Part shown: one piece after another, positions 53,905-64,000 of the stretch
Layout of the letters: each line of letters opens with the position of its first letter
How positions within the stretch are numbered: position 1 is the first letter of the stretch
DNA from: Eledone cirrhosa
Taxonomy: Eukaryota
Reading direction: 5' to 3'
DNA: 64,000 nt
NCBI GenBank assembly: GCA_964016885.1
Contig: OZ024757.1
Span: 41,974,001 to 42,038,000, forward strand
The notes under the pieces: generated by a model
Databases searched by the model: none
What the model saw: only the letters and a program-made list of their open reading frames with translations
Told to the model about the DNA's origin: nothing
Position numbers and translations under genes: made by a program

Positions 53905-55620
53905 TAACATAACATTTACATTACTCTATATATACTATTGTATTTTCACAGTAAAGGCTTTACCTCACATAATACCTCACATAACATTTACATTACTCTA
54001 TATATACTATTGTATTTTCACAGTAAAGGCTTTACCTCACATAATACCTCACATAACATTTACATTACTCTATATATACTATTGTATTTTCACAGTAAAG
54101 GCTTTACCTCACATAATACCTCACATAACATTTACACTACTCTATATATACTATTGTATTTTCACAGTAAAGGCTTTACCTCACATAATATCTCACATAA
54201 CATTTACACTACTCTATATATACTATTGTATTTTCACAGTAAAGGCTTTACCTCACATAATACCTCACATAACATTTACACTACTCTATATATACTATTG
54301 TATTTTCACAGTAAAGGCTTTACCTCACATAATACCTCACATAACATTTACACTACTCTATATATACTATTGTATTTTCACAGTAAAGGCTTTACCTCAC
54401 ATAATACCTCACATAACATTTACACTACTCTATATATACTATAGTATTTTCACAGTAAAGGCTTTACCTCACATAATATCTCACATAACATTTACATTAC
54501 TCTATATATACTATAGTATTTTCACAGTAAAGGCTTTACCTCACATAATATCTCACATAACATTTACATTACTCTATATATACTATAGTATTTTCACAGT
54601 AAAGGCTTTACCTCACATAATATCTCACATAACATTTACATTACTCTATATATACTATTGTATTTTCACAGTAAAGGCTTTACCTCACATAATATCTCAC
54701 ATAACATTTACATTACTCTATATATACTATTGTATTTTCACAGTAAAGGCTTTACCTCACATAATACCTCACATAACATTTACACTACTCTATATATACT
54801 ATAGTATTTTCACAGTAAAGGCTTTACCTCACATAATATCTCACATAACATTTACATTACTCTATATATACTATAGTATTTTCACAGTAAAGGCTTTACC
54901 TCACATAATATCTCACATAACATTTACATTACTCTATATATACTATTGTATTTTCACAGTAAAGGCTTTACCTCACATAATATCTCACATAACATTTACA
55001 TTACTCTATATATACTATTGTATTTTCACAGTAAAGGCTTTACCTCACATAATACCTCACATAACATTTACACTACTCTATATATACTATAGTATTTTCA
55101 CAGTAAAGGCTTTACCTCACATAATATCTCACATAACATTTACATTACTCTATATATACTATTGTATTTTCACAGTAAAGGCTTTACCTCACATAATATC
55201 TCACATAACATTTACATTACTCTATATATACTATTGTATTTTCACAGTAAAGGCTTTACCTCACATAATATCTCGCATAACATTTACATTACTCTATATA
55301 TACTATTGTATTTTCACAGTAAAGGCTTTACCTCACATAATATCTCACATAACATTTACATTACTCTATATTTACTATTGTATTTTCACAGTAAAGGCTT
55401 TACCTCACATAATATCTCACATAACATTTACATTACTCTATATATACTATTGTATTTTCACAGTAAAGGCTTTACCTCACATAACATTTACATTACTCTA
55501 TATATACTATTGTATTTTCACAGTAAAGGCTTTACCTCACATAATATCTCACATAACATTTACATTACTCTATATATACTATTGTATATACATGATGAAG
55601 GCTTTATCTCACATAATATC
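53905..55620 (+). repeat. 72-bp tandem satellite, ~24 copies, derived from the end of MITE A
   Basis: Unit acataacatttacattactctatatatactattgtattttcacagtaaaggctttacctcacataata(t/c)ctc; runs into the MITE body at 55600-55720. Confidence 0.95.
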
Positions 55621-55785
55621 GAGTCTATGAGATGTTGGTGTGACTATTTATTTTGAGAACAATACCTTAACATCAGTATGAGTGGCTAGTTACGGCCAGT
55701 TTGAACAGAAAATAGTGAGACAATCCTCGATAAGAGTTTCTCTAGCTCATAAACTTGAGTAACAGAAAATGATAACTAGTATACC

Positions 55786-55816
<31 letters not shown>

Positions 55817-58405
55817 ATATATATACACACACACACACACTCCCAAATACACATAAATTAACCCACACATACACACAGATGAACACATGAACATATTCAC
55901 ACACACACATTAACACAGACACACAAACACAGACACATACAGATAGAAATTTTTACACACAGATGCATACACACACAGACGCACACCCACACACGCAAAC
56001 ACCCACACACACAGACAGACACACAGACACATAGACACACATGTTCCTCAAAATCAACAAGCCAGGCTGAAACTAGCTAAAGAAGAAGGAAAAAAAAAAG
56101 GCGAAGTAATTAGATAAAAAGGTTTGCTAATTGACCAGAGTTATCTGGATTGATTTGGATTAGTTGAGGAGTAGGAGGAGGCAGGGAGGGAGGGTGAGGG
56201 GGTGAAGGGGAAGGATGGAGTGGGGAAGGGGTAAAAGCTGTGTTGAATGAATCAGGTGTAGAAATTAAATTGCACAGAACCACCATTAGCAGATACGATC
56301 TCTGGAAATCTGTTTACAACAACTACAACTACAACCACAACAATGGCAGGAATTGCAGCAGCAACAACAACTACAACAACAACAACAGCAGCATCAACAA
56401 CAACAGTAACAGCAACATCAACAAGAAGAAGAATTCTTTAAAAGACTTGAGGAATGATTTAAGGTCTAAAACTAAATGGGAAATAATATAAACAAACTAT
56501 AATGACTACTCTTCACATTAAGAGAGTACAAAAGGTGGGTGTGGACTGTACTGGTGTGTATGTGTGTGTGGACTGTACTGGTGTGTGTGTGTGTGGACTG
56601 TACTGGTGTGTATGTGTGTGTGGACTGTACTGGTGTGTGTGTGTGGACTGTACTGGTGTGTATGTGTGTGTGGTGTGTATGTGTGTGTGGACTGTACTGG
56701 TGTGTGTGTGTGCGTGGACTGTACTGGTGTGTATGTGTGTGTGTGGTGTGTGTGTGTGGACTGTACTGGTGTGTGTGTGTGTGGACTGTACTGGTGTGTA
56801 TGTGTGTGTAGAGGTGTGTGTGGTTCTGGATGTACATCCACTCAGTAAAAATACTCTATATATGTATGACTGAATCATACATATATACAGATACAAGTAC
56901 TTACTGTTACATATATAGACACACCAAGACACACATACATACATACACACACACATGCATGGAATGGCAGAATTTGATACACACACACACACAAAGAATG
57001 GTAGAAATTTCCTTTTCTCAAGAACTTTGCCGTCGGGAAGGTGACCAGTCAAAAATATACTCAAAATTAAGAGAAAGAGACAAAACATACATATACATAC
57101 ATACATACACACACATGTGCATGTACATACATACACACATGTGCATATACATACATACACACACATGCATATATATTTATATAAAAATTTGGGAGAAAGA
57201 GGGAGCTGTGTGGTTACTTAAAAATAAAATGAAAGCACAAATAGGAGGCAATCCCTTCATCAGTTGTCTGCAGGAGATCACGGACATTTCAACATATTAA
57301 AGACAATATGGCTACCTCCAGTGCGTCAATGACTTGTGGAAGTTATTGGGGCAAAAAGGAGAGAAAGAAAAAATTAAACAGAAAGGAAAAAAACGCAGAA
57401 AACATACCAAAAAAGTGGGGAACACAAGAAGCACATGTGTGTAAGTGACTGGGAGAGAGAGGGGGGGGGGTCAAAAACAGCTACTGATCATAAGTCCGAG
57501 GCTTATTATAGGACAAACCTACTCTAAAAATAAACCTTAGCATGGTTATTGTTATATTTGGGGAGGAGCATGTTGTCCTAATGTTGCCAGAAAAATATAG
57601 TAAAACACACTCATTGTCTGGGTTGGTTTTTGTTTCAGTATATTTCTATAAATAATTTAGCTGTCAATCAATGTTTATCATTGATTGACCAACGGTTATA
57701 AATATAAATAATGTTTCTCCTATTATAGGACCTACTCCAAAAATGTGCCCCTAGTGTGATTTTTATGTTGCTGTCAGAGTCCTACCTTGAACAAAATAAA
57801 CCCTGGCACATTTTTATGAGAAAAATCAATATAAAAAATAATATAAAACACAAATTTCCAGAGTCTTGCTGATTACTAATAAAATAAATTATTTTAATGA
57901 TATTGTTTTTAACGAGGTGGTGTGGCTGTTGTAGTGGGTGTTGCTGGCTATTGTCCACAGAAATGCTTTTGCACAGCCCCAACACCACCGCACCCTAGGC
58001 CCAGAACCCATCACCCTCTCCTCTTCCCCCTCCTTTTCTTCTGTGGCCCTAGGGTCCTTGAGTGTCCCCCTCCTTTTCCTCTCATTTATGGCTTTTATAG
58101 TCCTTTCCTCTCCCCTTTAATATAATTTGACATCAGTATAATGATAGTTTTATCAAAAATATTTTTTTTTTGTGTAAAAATATAAGCCCTACCCTGAATA
58201 TAATCCCCCAGTACCCTTTTTTTTTAGGGAAAAATAATATAAAACCTGTTATATATTAGGGGAAACGTGTTACATATATGACAGCAGAGAACTGGAATAC
58301 ATACAGCAAAGAATCTGATGTTCTAACAACTCTGCCAAGTCCCTACCTGCATCAACTATAACTCTGAGATAATATTAATTAAGATATCATCAAAATTAAA
58401 CTTAC

Positions 58406-58562
58406 CTTTTTGTGTAAAGTTTGTCTGCTGAGGAATTAGAGTAATAATCCATATATTTTGGCAGGTGTAAACGACTCCATACAATATTTGTTATCAAAGG
58501 TTCCAATAAGAAGGTACTCCGTTTAGAAACCAGATAAAAAATACCAATCATAGATGGGGGCC
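58406..58562 (-). CDS. Internal coding exon (xPPSMIGIFYLVSKRSTFLLEPLITNIVWSRLHLPKYMDYYSNSSADKLYTK), unidentified gene
   Basis: Acceptor ttttttaattgtag|, canonical donor AAG|gtaagt, 157 bp with one fully open frame (phase 1 to 2); absent from the ORF track. Confidence 0.7.
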
Positions 58563-60767
58563 CTACAATTAAAAAACAGAAACATTATTAAACATCTGTT
58601 TCAACACACAATTTCATATCTTTCATAAACAAAAACAGTGAGAATGTTTTACTATATTTTGGTAATATTAGGACATGGCCCTCCCCAAATAAAACAATAT
58701 CTGTTTCAAATGATTTCATATCAACAACCATAGAAACCTAACCAGAAATAGTTCTATATGAGTAAGACACTGTCACCTGACCCAACTTGCCTCAAATGGG
58801 ACAACCTGTCTAACCCATGCTAGCATGGAATATGAACATTAAACAATGATGATGATGAAACCAAACAGTGAGTGTGTTTTACTATATATTTCTGGCAATA
58901 TGATTACAACATGACCCTCCCCGAATATAACAATATCTGTTTCAACATATGGCTTCATATCACCAAACCAACCAGTGTGTTTTACTATTTGGTAGAGAGG
59001 AATGAGAAAGAGATATAAGAGGGAGAATCAATCCCAGTAGTAGACTGGTACTTTTTTTTTTATCGACCTCGAAAGGATGAAAGACAAAGTTCACCTCGGC
59101 GGGATTTGAACTGAATGAGCAGTGAGTTGGAACAAATACCACAAGGCATTCTATCTGATGTTCTAATGACTCTGCCAATTATATAGGTTACACGTCTATA
59201 TACATCAAATGAGAGAGAAAAAAAACAAAAACTGGCTATGATATATTGAAGTTTTCATCAACAGTGGATCAACAACAATGGATGACAACAAAAACTTCCA
59301 TTAAAAATACTGCAAACCTTTTAGCTTCATCAAATATAAATATAGAAGAATATGGCTGTGTGTAGGTGGCAGTGAATGGATGTGTGTGAGAGAGAGTATG
59401 TGTGTGTGTTTTTGTGTATGTTTGTGTGTGCCATTGTGTGTAGGGGAACGCAAGTGTGTGTGTGTGTGTTTTTGTGTATGGATGTGTGTGTGCCATCGTG
59501 TGTAGGGGAACGCCAGTATGCGTGAGTGTGTGTGTGTGTGAATGCATGTGTTTGAATGGGAGTGTGTATCAGCACGTGTGTATATGTAGGGAAGTCTGTG
59601 TGTATATGTATGTATGTGTGTGTGTATGTCTATGTGTGTATATGTAGGGAAGTGTGTGTGTATATGTCTGTATGTATGTGTGTATATGTCTGTATGTGTG
59701 TATATGTATGTGTATGTATATGTGTATATGTCTGTACGTGTGTGTATATGTATATGTGTGCACTTAAACATGAGACTATAGAGTCTAAACACCTATTAAA
59801 CACCACACAAGAGTCATTTAAGCCCTGGTGTTTAGCTCTAGCTTCATTGCACGGAACTGATGAAAGATAAATTTCCTCCTGGAAAATACCCCAGTCTATT
59901 ACAACTAACTTTCCCAGATCTGTTGGTATCTATTTATGTAGAAGAACTGAGGAGGTAATAATTGTTTCTACTTTAGGCACAAGGCCAGCAATTACCCAGT
60001 GCATTACTGGTACTTTATTTTATCGACCCCGTGAGGATGAAAGGCAAAGTCAACCTCGGCGGAATTTGAACTCAGAACATAAAGGGCCGTAACTCAATGC
60101 GTCAAAGCATGGCGTCCGACCCTCTACCGATACTGCCAACCCAACTGAGGAGGTAATAATGGTTTCTAATTTAGACACAAAGCCAACAATGTTGGTGGAC
60201 GGGAAAGTTGATTAAATGGTTCTTTATTTCATCGACCCTGTAAGGATAAAAGGCAAAGCTAACTTCGGCAGGATTTGAACTCAGAACATAAAGGGATGTA
60301 ACTCTATGCCACAAAGCATGTTTTCTGACGCTCTATTGCAGCTTCTTTCTACTGGGATTTCCTGGCATTTCTTCACCCATGGGTCATTGTCCTTGCACAT
60401 TACATGTCGATACCAACAAAGTCTTGGAGACGGCTGCTTCTGACAGGACCCATTGGAAGGAGTGTTTAAGGACTCTGCACACACCCCACCCTACCCACAC
60501 ACACACACAACACTCAGGAATAAGTGGGAGAAGAAGAAGAAGAAGACTTATACAGTGACCAGATGATTGCAATCTTAGCTCAGCTAACCTACAGTTTGTC
60601 TGAATAGATTTTAGCTGGAAGATACTGGAGAGGGTTAGTGTAGGAGAGAGGTGAGAATGCTGATGATGTATAGACTGTTTTGGTAGAGACAGATGGGAAA
60701 TCCAGGCAGTCAACAGGGTATATTCCACACAGCCCACCCAGACAGACACTCTCTCATGGGGTAGAAG

Positions 60768-60875
60768 TCATCATCATCCGGTGGCCTCAGCTGATATGGA
60801 CTCAACAATTGATCTCCACGTGAGTCTGTCGTTCATTGCCGTTGCCAAGTCCTGGAGATGACATCGGGGTAGAAG
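60768..60875 (-). mobile_element. LINE 3' terminal fragment with (TGA)n tail
   Basis: Minus strand YPDVISR / DLATAMNDRLTWRSIVESISAEATG*** resembles the 'MxDRxxWR' C-terminus of RTE-like LINEs. Confidence 0.6.
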
Positions 60876-63800
60876 TAGCAGAGAGAGAGAAAAAGGAGGA
60901 ATGGTAGGGGGTTTCCAATGACCCTTTCCAGTGCAAGGAAATTACCACAAGCCTGGCGTGTTAGACATGGGTGACTGACACAGGAAGAAGAGGCAAGGGG
61001 AAAAGATTGTGATGGTGCTGGCTCAGCTTTGCTTCTACATCTACCAGAGTCCATCGGCTCCAAAATCCTTTGGCATAGATTAGATTGACAAACCCCTCAT
61101 AAAGCTCTATTTTGGGGGGTTCATCTTCCAAGTATTTTCTTCATCCAACCCCTACAAATTTCTTCATCCAACCCCTACAAATTTCTTCATCCGACCCCTA
61201 CAAATAACTGCCATCTGGTGCCTATCTTTAAAAATCAATAATTCTGTAATAGAATTCAGAGTTTATTATTGGTATCTTCATCTTAATGACAGAACTGTAT
61301 ATCGTCATGGTGATATTGTCTACTGCCCTCTCTCTCTCTCTCTATGTATCTCTCCCTCTCTCTCTCTATCTATGTATCTCTCTTTTAGTCATCTCATTGT
61401 CTCTCCCTCTCCCCTCCCTCTCTCTCTCTATCATAACACATAATATATAGTCTTACATCTACACAAATAGCAGCATCCTCATCTCTCTCCATCACAAACT
61501 ATAACACCGAGTTGAGGCAGCACTATACACTGTAGGATGACCATAGAACATAGGTGGTGGTGGTGGTGGTGGTGTGGTGTAGTGTGGTGTGGTAGTGGTG
61601 TAGTGTGGTGTGGTGTAGTGTGGTGTGGTAGTGGTGTAGTGTGGTGGTGGTGTAGTGTGGTGTAGTGTGGTGTGGTGGTGGTGTAGTGTGGTGTGGTGTG
61701 GTGTAGTGTGGTATGGTGTGGTGGTGGTGGTGTAGTGTGGTGTGGTGGTGGTGTAGTGTGGTGTAGTGTGGTGTGGTGTGGTGGTGGTGTAGTGTGGTGT
61801 GGTAGTGGTGTAGTGTGGTGGTGGTGTAGTGTGGTGTAGTGTGGTGTAGTGTGGTGTGGTGTAGTGTGGTGTGGTGTGGTGTAGTGTGGTGTGGTGTAGT
61901 GTGGTGTGGTGGTGGTGTAGTGTGGTGTAGTGTGGTGTGGTGTGGTGGTGGTGTAGTGTGGTGGTGGTGTGGGATAGTGTGGTGTGGTGTAGTATGGCGG
62001 TGGTGGTGTGAGATAGTGTGGTGTGGTGTGGTGTAGGATAGTATAGTGTGGGATAGTGTGGTGTGGTGTAGTATGATGGTGCTGGTGTGGGATAGTGTGA
62101 GATAGTGTGGTGTGGTGTAGGATAGAGTAGTGTGGGATAATGTGGTGTGGAGTGGTGTGGTAAGGTGTGGTGTGGTGTAGGATAGCGTAGTGTGGAGTGG
62201 TATGGGATAGTGTGGTGTGGAGTGGTGTGGTGGTGATGTGGGATAGTGTGGTGTGGAGTGGTGTGGTGGTGATGTGGGATAGTGTGATGTGGAGTGGTGT
62301 GGTGGTGGTGTGGGATAGTGTGGTGTGGAGTGGTATGGTGGTGGTGTGAGATAGTGAGGTGTGGTGTAGTGTGAGATAGTGTGAGATAGAGTGGTGTAGT
62401 ATGGAGTGGTGTGGTTGAGATAGTGAGGTGTGGTGTAGTGTGAGATAGTGTGAGATAGAGTGGTGTAGTATGGAGTGGTGTGGTTGAGATAGTGTGGTGT
62501 GGTGTAGTGTGAGATAGTGTGAGATAGAGTGGTGTAGTATGGAGTGGTGTGGTTGAGATAGTGTGGTGTGGAGTAGTATGGAGTGGTGTGGTTGAGATAG
62601 TGAGGTGTGGTGTAGTGTGAGATAGTGTGAGATAGAGTGGTGTAGTATGGAGTGGTGTGGTTGAGATAGTGAGGTGTGGTGTAGTGTGAGATAGTGTGAG
62701 ATAGAGTGGTGTAGTATGGAGTGGTGTGGTTGAGATAGTGTGGTGTGGAGTGGTGTGGTGGTGGTGTGAGATAGAGTGGTGTGGTGTAGTGTGAGATAGT
62801 GTGAGATAGAGTGGTGTAGTATGGAGTGGTGTGGTTGAGATAGTGTGGTGTGGAGTGGTGTGGTGGTGGTGTGAGATAGTGAGGTGTGGAGTGGTGTGGT
62901 TGAGATAGTGTGGTGTGGTAAAAATTAAAAACATTAACAAGACAATATGTAATTAATTTAGGTTTATCAATGAAGGGATTTGATTTTAAGCCAGTTTCTC
63001 ATGGAAATCAGTTCACAGTAGAATCACAATGAACTATATACCAAGGTCAGCTAGTTTTATTGCTGTTGTGGTGGTTGTTGTTGTTGTTGTTGTGGTTGTT
63101 GTTGTTGTTGTTGTGGTTGTTGTTGAGGATGAGAGCCAAAGTTGACCTTGGCAGTATTTGATGTCAGAGAATACAAAAATGTGAAAAATTCAAACTGAAA
63201 TTTGTATTGAAAGTTCATATAGGGAGTTGGCCAGTGAAGACTGAGTCTAGAACCTTTCAACTCTGCTGTTTAAAAAATATGTATGGAAAACCCCTGAATA
63301 AATTTAACCCTATGTTATGATAATATGTATGAAAAAAAAAAAAACCTTGAAAAACTCTTTGAATTTATGGTACAAAGTGTGCCAGCATAATTTTTACTTC
63401 TTCAAAAATGCGCCATGAGTAAAAAACACAAAATTTCGGAACCAGTGACCTAATACTTGGGTACATTTAGCAAAGTTCACCATTGTTTTGCAAGTGTTTT
63501 GGGATCCACAGATTTAAAACAAGTTGAAATACCTTGATTCTCCCACCTCTTTCTGTTCAAACCGGCTGTAACTGACCACTCATAGTGATGTTAAGGTATT
63601 GTTCTCAAAATAAATATTATCAAAATCTCATAGATTCGATATATTGAGATAATTATGTGAGGTAAAGCCTTTATCACAAAAATACAATAGTATATATAGG
63701 GTAATGTAAATGCTAAAGGGTTAAAAACTAAACTAAGAAAGATTTTTTTTAAACTACAAAAACAAAAAGAAAAAACCAGAAAATTGTAAATCGGGATTTT

Positions 63801-64000
63801 CTCATGAATCAGAAAGTTGAACATACAAAGAAGAAGGTTAACTGCTGAGAGAAGAGTATAAGATAGCCCTGCTTGGCAGTTTTTTAGTTGATTAATATAT
63901 ATAATGTACAGTTATGACATTGTTCTTTGGTAATGAAACATAATTAAATCTGACAAATGATATTAACTTGAAATGACAACTGGACGTATATATATTATAC

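Noticed and set aside
53882-55630. 582-aa ORF with a 24-aa repeat
   Set aside because: Translation of a 72-bp MITE-derived satellite whose unit happens to lack a stop in one frame; the same unit occurs reversed at 37265.
57480-58272. Tc1/pogo-like MITE
   Set aside because: Only a vague resemblance at one end; a matching TIR pair and TA TSD could not be demonstrated.
59855-59900. CTGATGA motif as a further hammerhead
   Set aside because: No convincing helix I/II pairing or correctly placed GAAA-NUH.

Overview
AT-rich, microsatellite-saturated animal genomic DNA. The repeat repertoire (Meta-domain tRNA SINEs, RTE tails ending in (ATG)n/(AAG)n, very long (AT)n/(CA)n/(CAC)n tracts) is what I would expect from an octopus/cephalopod genome; this is an inference, not a database result. 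Almost all ORFs in the supplied track are microsatellite or satellite artefacts. Real coding sequence is limited to a few short spliced exons of genes I cannot name (+ strand 610-785/1246-1307; - strand 58406-58562 and 14570-14638; several weaker candidates) and to retrotransposon remnants (an R4/Dong restriction-like endonuclease C-terminus and RTE fragments). The main hidden signal is RNA-level. The window holds many minimal type I hammerhead ribozyme (HHR) motifs from several unrelated repeat families. The best case is a 512-bp tandem unit (29204-30224) carrying one HHR per unit, a perfect octamer (ATGCAAAT) and a PSE-like box, preceded by an inverted partial copy. It resembles a retrozyme or newt satellite-2-like self-cleaving repeat. 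Many other HHRs sit at the centres of fold-back inversions typical of Penelope-like elements. A TTAA-flanked piggyBac-type MITE has seeded three different tandem satellites (61, 44 and 72 bp).
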